A DNA stretch of 64,000 nt, from the NCBI GenBank assembly GCA_051859245.1, contig JBHYGA010000004.1:800001-864000 (forward strand). Reading direction: 5' to 3'. A program made the position numbers and the translations under genes. The notes under the pieces are model-generated. The model was not told the origin of the DNA. It did not search any database and saw only the letters and a program-made list of their open reading frames with translations. The first letter of the stretch is position 1, and every line of letters starts with the position of its first letter. This document shows, piece by piece, positions 27,831 to 37,730 of the stretch. This DNA is from Gemmatimonadaceae bacterium. Lineage in GTDB: Bacteria; Gemmatimonadota; Gemmatimonadetes; Gemmatimonadales; Gemmatimonadaceae.

Positions 27831-28214
27831 ATGATGGTGTCCTGGAGTATTCGCGTGCTGGCGCTGATTCTCGGTCTGGCCGGCGTGATGCACTTTGTGA
27901 CGTCTCGGATCTTTGAGTCGATCGTGCCGCTGTGGCTGCCATCGTGGATGCCAAGTGCTCGCACGCTCGTGTATCTCAGCGGCGTGGCAGAAATCGCGGG
28001 CGCGATCGGTCTGCTGGTGCCCGCAACGCGTGTCGCCGCCGCGTGGTGTTTGATCGTGCTGCTGATCGCGGTGTTTCCGGCGAACGTGCAAATGCTCATG
28101 GACGCGCGAGCACGCGATGCCGCCGCGTGGTGGGTGTTCGCGTTGTGGATACGGCTACCGCTGCAGCCGGCGCTGATCTGGTTTGTATGGCGGAGCGCGA
28201 TTCGGGCGGCGTAG
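27831..28214 (+). CDS. DoxX-like membrane protein
   Basis: AGVMHF, IVP, SGVAEI, AVFPANV, RLPLQ motifs. Confidence 0.85.
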   Translation: MMVSWSIRVLALILGLAGVMHFVTSRIFESIVPLWLPSWMPSARTLVYLSGVAEIAGAIGLLVPATRVAAAWCLIVLLIAVFPANVQMLMDARARDAAAWWVFALWIRLPLQPALIWFVWRSAIRAA

Positions 28215-28329
28215 CGGAACACCGGTATGGGTTCTGCGGTTAATGGAACGTTGCAGAAGGTGCTCCAACGCCATCGCCAGGCGAGCCGCGTGGCTCGCTT
28301 GCTCCCCCCTCGCGTGAGATTGCCCACCC

Positions 28330-29376
28330 ATGCATGCTGGTCGCTACTTCTCGCTGATTACGACCCTCAAGTGGACTCGGCGCGAGATCGTGCTGTTCAC
28401 GATCGCCGCCACGCTGCCGGCCGCCTTGCATCTCGGGCTGGGGTGGAAGTGGCTCGCGCTGCCCTGGGTGCCGGTGGCCCTCATTGGTACGGCGCTCGCG
28501 TTCATCACAGGCTTCAAGAACAACGCGTCGTATGATCGGCTGTGGGAAGCTCGCAAGATCTGGGGCGCGATTGTCAACGTCAGCCGGCAATGGGCGAGTG
28601 CGGTGCTCACCTTTCCCACAGCGGGTACCGAGCCATCTGCAGAGCAATGGCGAAGCAGTGAACCACCCGGCGTTCCCGCATCGGTCAGTGATATTCAACG
28701 TGTGCTCGTAATGCGACACATCGCCTGGCTCACCGCACTGCGTTACCAGCTGCGCACGCCGCGTGAGTGGGAAATGTTGTCAGCCGCACGTGATGACCAG
28801 GGTCCGCTCAGCTTTCCCATTGAGGAGTGGGACAACAAGCTTGAGCAACGACTGCTGGCGCTGTTGCCGCCAGACGATGCGCTGTATGTACTAAGCAAGC
28901 AGAACCGGGCGACTCATTTGCTGGCACTGCAAGCGCGGTCGCTGGAGCAGCTTGCAAATCGCGGCGCGCTGAGTGACTACAAGCGCGTTGACATGCAGCG
29001 ACTCATCAACCAGATGTACGACAATCAGGGTATGTGCGAACGGATCAAGAATTTTCCGTATCCAAGACAGTTCGCCACGCTCAATCGAACGTTCATGTGG
29101 CTCTTTATTGCCATGGTGCCGCTCGGACTGCTCAACGAGTTCGGTCAGGACGACAATCTCATCGCCGCGTTCATGGTACCGGCGTCAGTGATTGTGGGCT
29201 GGGTGTTCTACGTAATGGAGAAGATCGGCGCGGCGAGCGAAAATCCGTTCGAAGGCAGCGCGAACGATGTGCCGATTACGGCGCTCAGTCGCACAATTGA
29301 AATCGATCTTCGGGAGATGCTTGATGACACCAGTATTCCGCCTGCGCTGAAGGCGGCCGACGAAATCCTGATGTAG
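28330..29376 (+). CDS. bestrophin-family ion channel (YneE-like)
   Basis: FKNNASYDRLWEARKIWG, ERIKNFPYP, ENPF...NDVP. Confidence 0.9.
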   Translation: MHAGRYFSLITTLKWTRREIVLFTIAATLPAALHLGLGWKWLALPWVPVALIGTALAFITGFKNNASYDRLWEARKIWGAIVNVSRQWASAVLTFPTAGTEPSAEQWRSSEPPGVPASVSDIQRVLVMRHIAWLTALRYQLRTPREWEMLSAARDDQGPLSFPIEEWDNKLEQRLLALLPPDDALYVLSKQNRATHLLALQARSLEQLANRGALSDYKRVDMQRLINQMYDNQGMCERIKNFPYPRQFATLNRTFMWLFIAMVPLGLLNEFGQDDNLIAAFMVPASVIVGWVFYVMEKIGAASENPFEGSANDVPITALSRTIEIDLREMLDDTSIPPALKAADEILM

Positions 29377-29378
29377 AC

Positions 29379-30449
29379 CTATTGGGCGAGCTCGTCGACC
29401 GGTATCTCGTGCCGCGCACGCACCGCGTCGAGTGTCTCGGCACTTCCCACCACATACAGATACTCGGTGTTCCGCAAATGACTCACGGCGCCAACCTTGT
29501 GTCCCGCCTGATTATGTATGCCGATCTGCGCGCCCACGTAGCGCTTGTAATCATGTTCAAGCACCAGCACCTCGCCGCGCGCGCTCAGCATTTCTGTCAG
29601 GTCGTCGCGTGAGAGATACCCTTCGTCGCTGAATGATACGATCAGCGTTCCAACGTCAAGCGAGCTGATAATCTCCCGGAATGCGTCTGCATGCCGTGGT
29701 CTGCTGTTGAAGTCACTGGGTCGTGTACGCGTGTCAATTCGTTTTCTCGCCACGCCGTACGCCTCGGGTTCGTCGCATCGCACAAGCGTTTCCCAGATGT
29801 GGTAGTTACCGAGATACGAGTGCTGATTGTAGGGCGGGTCGAGATAACCGATGTCGCCCGTATGCATGCGCGCTGCATCACGTGCGTCGAGATGTGTGGC
29901 CGTACCCTTGCCCGCAGGCGCTTGCGCCAGCAACGCCGGCACGCGGAGTTCCAGCGCGTGCGACGCGCGAGGTGCCCACTGTTTGAGATATGCCATCTGC
30001 ACGCCAGTGGTGGAGTCCACGCGATCCGCGGCTTCCATGAGCGATACCAGCGCGATGGCTTCGAGCTCAGCGGGCAGTGCTCGGGCAGCGATCTCGGCGC
30101 GAATCGCGTCGATGCGTGCGCCATTCTCGGGCGTGAAGTATCGCGCGTCTTCGCAGAACGTTCGCGTAAAGTATCCGGCGCGTGGAGCGGTCTGTTGCAA
30201 CTCGTGCAGCAACGAGGCGGCGGTGTCGTGCCACTGTTCAGCGTCGGCCTGCACGTAGCAGGTAGCGAGTGCGTGGGCGTACGCCGCATAGTCATTGGCC
30301 ATGACCCGGAAGCCGGCGCGCTTGAGGGCGTGACCCACCCGCGCAGTACCGGAGAACAGGTCGACCGCCGACGTCGCGCCAGGAATGGCCGTCGCGATGG
30401 CCGAGATCCGGTCGAGCAGCAGACGCTTGGAGCCGAGGTACTTGATCAT
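29379..30449 (-). CDS. orphan N6-adenine DNA methyltransferase (D12 class)
   Basis: YLGSKR, DLFSGT (motif I), YLDPPYN (motif IV). Confidence 0.9.
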   Translation of the reverse strand: MIKYLGSKRLLLDRISAIATAIPGATSAVDLFSGTARVGHALKRAGFRVMANDYAAYAHALATCYVQADAEQWHDTAASLLHELQQTAPRAGYFTRTFCEDARYFTPENGARIDAIRAEIAARALPAELEAIALVSLMEAADRVDSTTGVQMAYLKQWAPRASHALELRVPALLAQAPAGKGTATHLDARDAARMHTGDIGYLDPPYNQHSYLGNYHIWETLVRCDEPEAYGVARKRIDTRTRPSDFNSRPRHADAFREIISSLDVGTLIVSFSDEGYLSRDDLTEMLSARGEVLVLEHDYKRYVGAQIGIHNQAGHKVGAVSHLRNTEYLYVVGSAETLDAVRARHEIPVDELAQ

Positions 30450-30476
30450 CGTTGGAACCTACGGCGCAGTCACGTG

Positions 30477-30506
30477 TTGACATAGGGCACGGGAGCTGTG
30501 TAGGCT
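30477..30506 (+). promoter_or_regulatory. candidate sigma70 promoter TTGACA-N18-TAGGCT
   Basis: Perfect -35 and a TAnnnT -10 just upstream of the riboswitch-like leader. Confidence 0.5.
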
Positions 30507-30520
30507 CCAAGACAACTGAA

Positions 30521-30571
30521 GCCGTGGTCTTTTGCCGCCTATTGCCGCCACGTAAAACAAAGAGCTAAAAC
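30521..30571 (+). ncRNA. SAM-II-like riboswitch aptamer
   Basis: CGTGG/CCACG P1 stem; TCTTTTG loop able to pair with CAAAGA (pseudoknot); TTGC and GCTAAA conserved blocks typical of SAM-II. Confidence 0.75.
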
Positions 30572-30577
30572 GCGAAT

Positions 30578-30608
30578 GCCCGGCGGCCGCAGTTCCGTCG
30601 GGCTTTTT
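30578..30608 (+). terminator. leader terminator (riboswitch expression platform)
   Basis: GCCCGGCGG...CCGTCGGGC-TTTTT between the aptamer and ATG 30648. Confidence 0.7.
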
Positions 30609-30647
30609 CGTGTTCGGACGGCGCACACTTTGCGTCGAGGGTTTGTT

Positions 30648-31622
30648 ATGTCGTTACGTCCCATTGCTGTTCTGCACGAACATCCGGACTGGTTTCGGCC
30701 GCTGTTCGCCGAGCTTGATGCGCGCGGCCTGCCCTACGAGCGGCTCGATGCCGCCGCGCACAGCTACGATCCGTCGCAGGAGAACGTGCCTTACTCGGCG
30801 GTGTTCAACCGGGCGAGTCCGAGCGCCTATTTGCGTGGGAACGGCTCCAGCATTTTTGCCACGCTGCACTGGTTGCGGCACCTCGAACGATTCGATGTGC
30901 CAGTGGTGAACAACGCCAAGGCGTACGCGCTGGAGTTGTCGAAGGCAAACCAGCTGGATTTGTTGGCCAGCCTTGGTCTGCCTTTCCCCAGGAGCCGTGT
31001 AATCAACAATCCCTCGTTGGCGGCAAAGGCCGCTGAGGGGCTGCGATACCCGGTGTTGGTGAAGGCGAATATCGGTGGTAGTGGCGCGGGGATCGTGCGC
31101 TACGATTCCGCCGACGCGCTCGCTGGAGCTGTGGCACGCGGCGAAGTAGAAGTGGGCATTGACGGTACGGCGCTGGTGCAGGAATCCGCCCCGCTTCGCA
31201 ACGGTCACATCACGCGCGTGGAAACACTCGGCGGAAAGTATCTCTACGCCATCAATGTGTTTCCACCGCAGGACTCGTTCGATCTGTGCCCGGCCGATGC
31301 GTGTCAGACCACGTCTGGCGTTGAGCTTGTACGCGGCGCGTGCGCGATCGACGCGCCGAAAACCGGCATGCGCGTGGAAGGCACGCGTCCTTCTGATGCG
31401 ATCATTGCGCAGGTGGAGCTGATCTCCCAGACGGCTGGCATTGATGTGGGTGGCATTGAGTTGCTGGTGGATGATCGTGATGGTCAGCACTACTTCTACG
31501 ACATCAACGCGCTCTCAAACTTCGTGGCCGACGCACCCAATGTGATCGGATTTGATCCATTTGCGCGGCTTGTTGATTACCTCGAAGTGCGAGCTGGCTA
31601 CTCAACCGTCACGGTGCCGTGA
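30648..31622 (+). CDS. RimK-like ATP-grasp ligase
   Basis: YPVLVKANIGGSGAGI, LVQE, FYDINALSNF. Confidence 0.85.
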   Translation: MSLRPIAVLHEHPDWFRPLFAELDARGLPYERLDAAAHSYDPSQENVPYSAVFNRASPSAYLRGNGSSIFATLHWLRHLERFDVPVVNNAKAYALELSKANQLDLLASLGLPFPRSRVINNPSLAAKAAEGLRYPVLVKANIGGSGAGIVRYDSADALAGAVARGEVEVGIDGTALVQESAPLRNGHITRVETLGGKYLYAINVFPPQDSFDLCPADACQTTSGVELVRGACAIDAPKTGMRVEGTRPSDAIIAQVELISQTAGIDVGGIELLVDDRDGQHYFYDINALSNFVADAPNVIGFDPFARLVDYLEVRAGYSTVTVP

Positions 31623-32677
31623 TGCGATACGGCTACTGGCTTCCGGTGTTCGGTGGTTGGCTGCGCAACGTGGAAGACGAAGGCATGCAGGCGTCATGGG
31701 CGTATGTGCAGCGTCTCGCGCGTCGCAGCGAAGAACTGGGATATGATCTCACGTTGATTGCCGAACTGTTCTTGAACGACATCAAGGGTGTACAGGCGCC
31801 AGCCCTTGACGCGTGGTCAACCGCGGCGGCGCTCGCCGCAGTCACGCAGCGACTGGAGTTGATGGTGGCGGTGCGCCCCACGTTTCATCATCCGGCCACG
31901 CTTGCCAAGCAGGCGGCAACGATTGACCAGATCAGCAACGGCCGCTTGTCGCTCAACGTGGTGTCATCGTGGTGGAAAGACGAGGCGCGACGTTATGGCT
32001 CACAGTTCGACGAGCATGATGATCGCTACGCACGCACAGCGGAGTGGTTGCATGTCTTGCAGAGTGCGTGGCGAGAGCCGAGCACCACGTTTCATGGCAA
32101 GTACTATCAGGTTGACGATTTGATTGTGCAGCCGCCGCCCGTGTCGAGCCGACTGCGCCCGTATCCGCCGCTCTACGCCGGTGGAGAATCCGAGACGGCC
32201 AAGGAATTGATCTCGTCCAAGTGCGACGCCTACGTGATGCACGGCGATTCGCCGGAACGTGTGGCGCCAAAGATTCTGGATATGCAAGTCCGCCGCGACA
32301 AAGCCGGGCTTGCGCCAATGCAGTACGGGCTGGCCGCCTATGTGATTGTGCGCGACACGCCGGCGGAAGCGCAGCGCGAGCTGGAGCGCATTACGCAAGT
32401 GCAACCCGGTTCGCCCGGGTACGGAAACTTTCAGGACTGGATCGCGAATACCAAGCTCGAGCAGCAGCTCTCGGTGCAGGATTATTCGGTATCCAATCGA
32501 GGGCTACGCTCGGGCCTGGTTGGTACGCCCGAGCAGGTCGCCGAGCGCGTGCGAGAGCTGCAAGCGGTGGGCGTCGATCTATTGCTGCTGCAGTGCAGTC
32601 CGCAGCTGGAAGAAATGGAGCGATTCTCCGAGCAAGTGATGCCGTTGGTGGAGCGGAAGGCGCGGATTGCGGCGTAG
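31622..32677 (+). CDS. LLM-class flavin-dependent monooxygenase (SsuD/SfnG-like)
   Basis: YWLPVFGGW, AVRP, IDQISNGRLSLNVV, YAGGES, GLVGTPEQVAER; coupled to the ATP-grasp gene. Confidence 0.9.
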   Translation: MRYGYWLPVFGGWLRNVEDEGMQASWAYVQRLARRSEELGYDLTLIAELFLNDIKGVQAPALDAWSTAAALAAVTQRLELMVAVRPTFHHPATLAKQAATIDQISNGRLSLNVVSSWWKDEARRYGSQFDEHDDRYARTAEWLHVLQSAWREPSTTFHGKYYQVDDLIVQPPPVSSRLRPYPPLYAGGESETAKELISSKCDAYVMHGDSPERVAPKILDMQVRRDKAGLAPMQYGLAAYVIVRDTPAEAQRELERITQVQPGSPGYGNFQDWIANTKLEQQLSVQDYSVSNRGLRSGLVGTPEQVAERVRELQAVGVDLLLLQCSPQLEEMERFSEQVMPLVERKARIAA

Positions 32678-32703
32678 GGTTGTTGCAGTTTGTGATGCGA
32701 CTA

Positions 32704-32738
32704 TTCGGCCGCGCTGGGCTCCTTCCAGCGCGGCCGAA
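32704..32738. terminator. 14-bp perfect hairpin between convergent genes, probable terminator
   Basis: TTCGGCCGCGCTGG-N7-CCAGCGCGGCCGAA; no clear U-tract. Confidence 0.5.
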
Positions 32739-32761
32739 AACGTATCGGCACCACAGCGGCA

Positions 32762-34444
32762 TTACGAGAGTCCGCTCACTCGCCCGTCGGAGTCCATGGT
32801 CATGCGGGCGGCGGCCGGCGTCTTGGAGAGCCCGGGCATGGTCATGATATCCCCGCAGCGTGCCACCACAAAGCCAGCACCGGCGCTTCCGGTCACGTCG
32901 GCCACGCTGATTCGAAACCCGCTCGGGCGGCCGAGTCTGGACGCGTCGTCGGTGAGCGAATACTGCGTTTTGGCCATGCACACCGGCGTGTCGGCCATGC
33001 CGTTCGCTTCCAGCCACGCCATGCTGCGCTCCGCGGTGGGCGAAAAGTCCACGCCATCTCCGCCGTATACGCGCTGCACAATCGTCTCGATTTTCTCGCG
33101 GATCGGGCGTGATGTGTCGTACAGTGGACGGAACGACGCCTCACCACCGTCGAGCAGCTTCACCACTTCGCGCGCGAGCAGAATGCCGCCCTTGCCGCCG
33201 TTGGCGAACACGTCGGTGAGTGCCACCGCCACGCCCTGCGCTGCGCAGAATGCCATGACGCGATCAAGTTCGGCTTGCGTGTCTGTTGCGCGGCGATTCA
33301 CAGCGACCACAACAGGCACACCAAACTGCTGTACGTTGGCCACGTGATGCGCCAGATGTGGCAATCCGAGTTCGAGTGCGGACAGGTTTTCTGTATCGAG
33401 CTCGGTTTTCGCCGCGCCCCCCTGCATCTTCAGCGAACGAACCGTGGCCACGAGCACTGCGGCCTGCGGCGAGAGATCGCCCGCTCGGCAGACAATATCG
33501 AAAAACTTTTCGGCGCCAAGATCCGAGCCGAATCCAGCTTCGGTGACGACAATGTCACCAAGGGCGAGTGCCGTGCGCGTGGCGACCAGACTGTTGCAAC
33601 CCGTGGCGATGTTGCCGAACGGGCCGGCGTGCACAATGGCCGGTCCACCTTCGAGCGTTTGGACCAGGTTGGGGCGCATGGCGTGTTTGAGCAGAATGCT
33701 CATGGCCTGCTCCGCACCCAGATCACCCGCACGCACTGGTTCGCGTGCGGCACCAACGCGCGTTCCCACGATGATGCGCGCGAGACGCTCCTGCAAATCC
33801 TTGTAGCCACTGGCGAGTGAAACAATAGCCATGATTTCACTGGCCGGCACAATGACCCAACGCTCTTCACGCGGCACGCCGTGAGACGCGCCACCAAGAC
33901 CGATCACCGCGTGTCGCAGCGCACGATCATTCATGTCGATGGTGCGCGGCCACAGAATGCGACGCGTATCGATACCGAGTGCGTTGCCTTGCGCGAGGTG
34001 ATTGTCGATCAGCGCACTCAACAGATTGTGCGCCGCTGCAATCGCGTGAAAGTCACCGGTGAAGTGCAGGTTGATGTCTTCCATTGGCAGCACCTGACTG
34101 TATCCGCCGCCCGCAGCGCCGCCCTTCACGCCGAACACAGGCCCAAGACTTGGCTCGCGTAATGCGAGGACGGCGTTACCCGCCAGCAGTTGCAGTGCCT
34201 GCGTGAGACCAACACTAACCGTGCTTTTCCCTTCGCCCGCAGGCGTCGGGCTGATGGCCGTGACGAGCACCAGTCGGCCGCGCGGTTTCTGCTGCGCGAT
34301 CTCGAGCGGAAGTTTGGCCATGTAGCGACCGTACGGATCCAGCTCGTCTGGGATCAACCCGAGATCGGCGGCCACGTCAACGATCGGCCGCAAACGCGCC
34401 TGTTGCGCAATCTCAATATCGGACGGCATGCCGGACGTCGTCAT
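32762..34444 (-). CDS. fhs: formate--tetrahydrofolate ligase
   Basis: TPAGEGKST, GVKGGAAGGGY, HFTGDFH, VTEAGFGSDLGAEKF, CMAKTQYS, IMTMPGL. Confidence 0.97.
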   Translation of the reverse strand: MTTSGMPSDIEIAQQARLRPIVDVAADLGLIPDELDPYGRYMAKLPLEIAQQKPRGRLVLVTAISPTPAGEGKSTVSVGLTQALQLLAGNAVLALREPSLGPVFGVKGGAAGGGYSQVLPMEDINLHFTGDFHAIAAAHNLLSALIDNHLAQGNALGIDTRRILWPRTIDMNDRALRHAVIGLGGASHGVPREERWVIVPASEIMAIVSLASGYKDLQERLARIIVGTRVGAAREPVRAGDLGAEQAMSILLKHAMRPNLVQTLEGGPAIVHAGPFGNIATGCNSLVATRTALALGDIVVTEAGFGSDLGAEKFFDIVCRAGDLSPQAAVLVATVRSLKMQGGAAKTELDTENLSALELGLPHLAHHVANVQQFGVPVVVAVNRRATDTQAELDRVMAFCAAQGVAVALTDVFANGGKGGILLAREVVKLLDGGEASFRPLYDTSRPIREKIETIVQRVYGGDGVDFSPTAERSMAWLEANGMADTPVCMAKTQYSLTDDASRLGRPSGFRISVADVTGSAGAGFVVARCGDIMTMPGLSKTPAAARMTMDSDGRVSGLS

Positions 34445-34475
34445 GGGCGAGGAGTTCGAGTGGTGTAGGGTGGCG

Positions 34476-35147
34476 TTACTGCGGAACCGGTACGATCACG
34501 TCGTCAACAATGGCGAACGCCAGATCACCAGACGCTGGTGCCCACGCACCGCCGCCGGTAAGGCTGGAGAACGCGGGGAGAATGCACAGCTGCGCGCTGC
34601 GCACAAAACAGGGCAGGCGCACGCGGTCGCGTCCTTTGCCTCTGAGTGTCACATGTGGGTGCAGGTGCCCGCACAACGTCAATCGTTCAGGCGTCATGCG
34701 TGGGGGCTCATGTGCGCATTGCAGGGTGCCAAGAAGAAACGGCGCGTCAACGCAGGCAATGCCCAGTGACGACGGTGGATCTCCAGCGTGGGCATCATGA
34801 TTGCCGCGCACCAGCGTGATACGAAGGTTCGGCCACTGGTCGCGCCAGCGATACACCGGTTGCAATGCGCGCTCGTCCCAACCGAGTCGCGAGTGCGCAA
34901 GGTCGCCGAGTACAACCAGCGTGGTCGCCTGCGTGCGGGTGAGCACCGTGTCGAGCCGACGCAGGTCGGCGGAAGTTCCGCCAGCGGGCACCGGGGCGCC
35001 GAAGGCGCGGAGCGTGGTGGCTTTGCCCCAGTGCACGTCGGCAATGACGAGCGTGTTGAGCTCCGGAACGCTCAGCGCGCGCTCCGGGTGGAGCACCACG
35101 TCCTGCGTTCCGAGGGTGATTGACGCAGATACGCATTCCTCGAGCAT
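34476..35147 (-). CDS. pdeM: ligase-associated metallophosphoesterase/endonuclease
   Basis: ADVHWGK, LGDLAH, GNHD, HEP, GHLHP, LPAF. Confidence 0.9.
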   Translation of the reverse strand: MLEECVSASITLGTQDVVLHPERALSVPELNTLVIADVHWGKATTLRAFGAPVPAGGTSADLRRLDTVLTRTQATTLVVLGDLAHSRLGWDERALQPVYRWRDQWPNLRITLVRGNHDAHAGDPPSSLGIACVDAPFLLGTLQCAHEPPRMTPERLTLCGHLHPHVTLRGKGRDRVRLPCFVRSAQLCILPAFSSLTGGGAWAPASGDLAFAIVDDVIVPVPQ

Positions 35148-35210
35148 GCCGCAATTTAGCGTGCGGGGCAGTCGCGAGCCTGGCAGGTTTTCACGCCTCG
35201 TTGGTGGACA

Positions 35211-37730
35211 TTACGCGCGGTTCGCGGGGTTGGGTGACCACACCGTCTCTCTGCCCGCGGGCGTACGCTGCTCCATCTGCGCAGTCATGCGCTTCACGCG
35301 ATCGGCCAGTTTCTCGGTAGTCAATTTTTCTCTGGTTCGGTCAACCAGCAACGGAAACGCCAGAGGCGTAGGACGATCGACCTCAACAAGTCGAACCTGG
35401 CCAGCGCTCAGACGTGTGAGCACACGTCCGATTCGGCTCGCTTCAAGTTGGCGTTCAAGCACTTCACGCTGCGCCTGATAGAGCAACAGATTTTCGGGAT
35501 CGTAGCGGGTGAAGACATCAAATAGCAGTCCGCTCGACGCCTGTACCTGCTTCATGGTTTTCTGCTGTCCGGGGAAGCCACTGAAAATGAGTCCGGCAAC
35601 ACGTGCAATCTCACGAAACTGTCGGCGCGCGAGATCGGCGGCGTTGAGACTCTGCGTAATGTCGTGCAGCAAATGCTCAGGCGAGAGCAATGAGGCGTCG
35701 AGCGCTTCCTCAAGCGGCGCGCGCTCGGGTGACAGCAAGTCAAATCCGTAGTCGTTGCACGCAAAGCTGAACGTGATAGGACTGAGCTGCGCAATGCGAT
35801 AGGCGAAAAGCGCCGACAGCCCCTCATGTACCAGACGACCTTCAAACGGATAGACAAATAAGTGGTGACCGTCACGCGTTTCGCAGCGTTCAATCAACAG
35901 TTCATCTGGTCGTGGAATAGCCGATCGTTGCGCCTGCAGCTCGAGCAACGGCTGCACCGCTTTCAGTTCGGCGGTATTGAAGTTCCCCTGCCGCGCGCTC
36001 ACAAGTGTGTTCCGAACTGCGGCCGCCAACTCCGTTGATAGCGGCATACGCGCGCCGGCCCAGCGCGGAATGGCGCCAGCACTCGATTTGGCTTTGCGTA
36101 CCCACGCAATCAGATCGCGTACGCGCACGAACTCCAGCGCGCGGCCGGAGAAGTGAAAGACGTCCCCCGGTTTAAGCCGAGCCACAAAGCTCTCTTCCAC
36201 CGTGCCGATGCGTCCACCGGTAAGAAAGCGCACGGCAATGGACGCGTCACTGACAATCGTACCAATGTTGAGCACGTGCCGACGCGCCACCTGTGCATCG
36301 CGAACAAAGAATTGTTCGTCGCGCTCAACGAGTCGCGCGTATTCCGGATACGCTTGCAGCGTATTCCCGCCACGCGTGGCAAAGTCGATTGCCCACGCCA
36401 GCTCAGCTTCGGTAAGCTGCGCGTAGGCGCGTGTTGTGCGGAGTTCGGCGAGCGCTCCCTTAGCAGCAAAGCCGCCTCCAAGCGCGAGCGTCACGAGATG
36501 TTGCACCAGCAAATCGAGCGGCCGGTCAAGCGGATCTCGCGATTCAATGGACATGGCGCGCATGGCATCGCGTGCGGCCGAGACTTCGACGAGTTCAAGC
36601 GCGTTGGTCGGCACACACACAATGCGCGACACACGGCCCGGAGAATGTCCGGATCGACCGGCGCGCTGCAACAGTCGCGCCACGCCCTTGGGGCTGCCAA
36701 TCTGCAGGACGACATCAACCGGCGAAAAATCCACGCCGAGGTCGAGTGACGAGGTGGAGACCACAATGCGATAGCGGCCGCTTCGCAAACCATCTTCCAC
36801 ACTGCGACGCTGCGCAACATCCAGCGATCCATGGTGCAGCGCGGTGAACTCAAACCAATCCGGCCGCGCGGTACAAATGGACTGAAACCAGATTTCACAT
36901 TGTGATCGCGTGTTCGTGAATACAATTGCGCTTTCCGCGCGTTCCAGACGCTCGAGTACTTGTGGTAGCAGTTTGACATTCAGATGGCCCGCCCACGGAA
37001 AACGATCCATGGAGTCTGGTACCAGCGATTCAACTTCGATTTCCTTGGGGACAAGTCCGCGCACGAGGCGTCCCGCATTGGGCTGTCCCGATGCATTCAC
37101 GCCAACGAGCGTGTCACAGGCGACTTGCAGATTGCCGAGCGTGGCGGACAATCCCCACGTGCGAAGTGCGGGCACAATTGCACGCAGTCGCGCCAGCGCC
37201 AGTTCCGTTTGCGCACCACGCTTTGACGCCAGCAGCTCATGCCATTCGTCCACAATGACGCACCGAAGATTGCGGAAGAGCGTGGCGTGATCATCGCGGC
37301 AAAGCAGCAGCGTCAGCGACTCCGGTGTGGTCACCAAAGCCGTGGGCAGCCGGTCGCGCTGTTTGCGCCGCACCGACGCTTTGGTGTCGCCGGTACGAGA
37401 CTCAATCGTCCACGGCAGTCCGAGTGCGTCGACTGGTTCACGCAGCGCGCGTTCCGTATCGGCGGCCAGTGCTCGGAGCGGGGTAATCCACAGCACGCGC
37501 AACTCAGCGCTCGCGTGTGGTGATTCGCCTAGTGCTTCAAGCACTGGCCCCATCCAGGCCGCGTAGGTTTTGCCGGTACCGGTGGCGGCGTGAATCAGTC
37601 CTGATTCGCCATTCTCGTACGCTTGCCAAACTTCGCGCTGGAATTCGAATGGCTCCCAACCGTTCGATGCGAACCAGCTGCTGATCAGCGATTCCGGCGT
37701 GCCCGAAGTAGCGACGCGCTTGTTTTTCAC
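35211..37730 (-). CDS. lhr: ligase-associated DEXH helicase (Lhr-core)
   Basis: ATGTGKT, PLRALA, DEWHE, SAT, HHGSL, QRAGRSGH. Confidence 0.93.
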   Translation of the reverse strand: MKNKRVATSGTPESLISSWFASNGWEPFEFQREVWQAYENGESGLIHAATGTGKTYAAWMGPVLEALGESPHASAELRVLWITPLRALAADTERALREPVDALGLPWTIESRTGDTKASVRRKQRDRLPTALVTTPESLTLLLCRDDHATLFRNLRCVIVDEWHELLASKRGAQTELALARLRAIVPALRTWGLSATLGNLQVACDTLVGVNASGQPNAGRLVRGLVPKEIEVESLVPDSMDRFPWAGHLNVKLLPQVLERLERAESAIVFTNTRSQCEIWFQSICTARPDWFEFTALHHGSLDVAQRRSVEDGLRSGRYRIVVSTSSLDLGVDFSPVDVVLQIGSPKGVARLLQRAGRSGHSPGRVSRIVCVPTNALELVEVSAARDAMRAMSIESRDPLDRPLDLLVQHLVTLALGGGFAAKGALAELRTTRAYAQLTEAELAWAIDFATRGGNTLQAYPEYARLVERDEQFFVRDAQVARRHVLNIGTIVSDASIAVRFLTGGRIGTVEESFVARLKPGDVFHFSGRALEFVRVRDLIAWVRKAKSSAGAIPRWAGARMPLSTELAAAVRNTLVSARQGNFNTAELKAVQPLLELQAQRSAIPRPDELLIERCETRDGHHLFVYPFEGRLVHEGLSALFAYRIAQLSPITFSFACNDYGFDLLSPERAPLEEALDASLLSPEHLLHDITQSLNAADLARRQFREIARVAGLIFSGFPGQQKTMKQVQASSGLLFDVFTRYDPENLLLYQAQREVLERQLEASRIGRVLTRLSAGQVRLVEVDRPTPLAFPLLVDRTREKLTTEKLADRVKRMTAQMEQRTPAGRETVWSPNPANRA

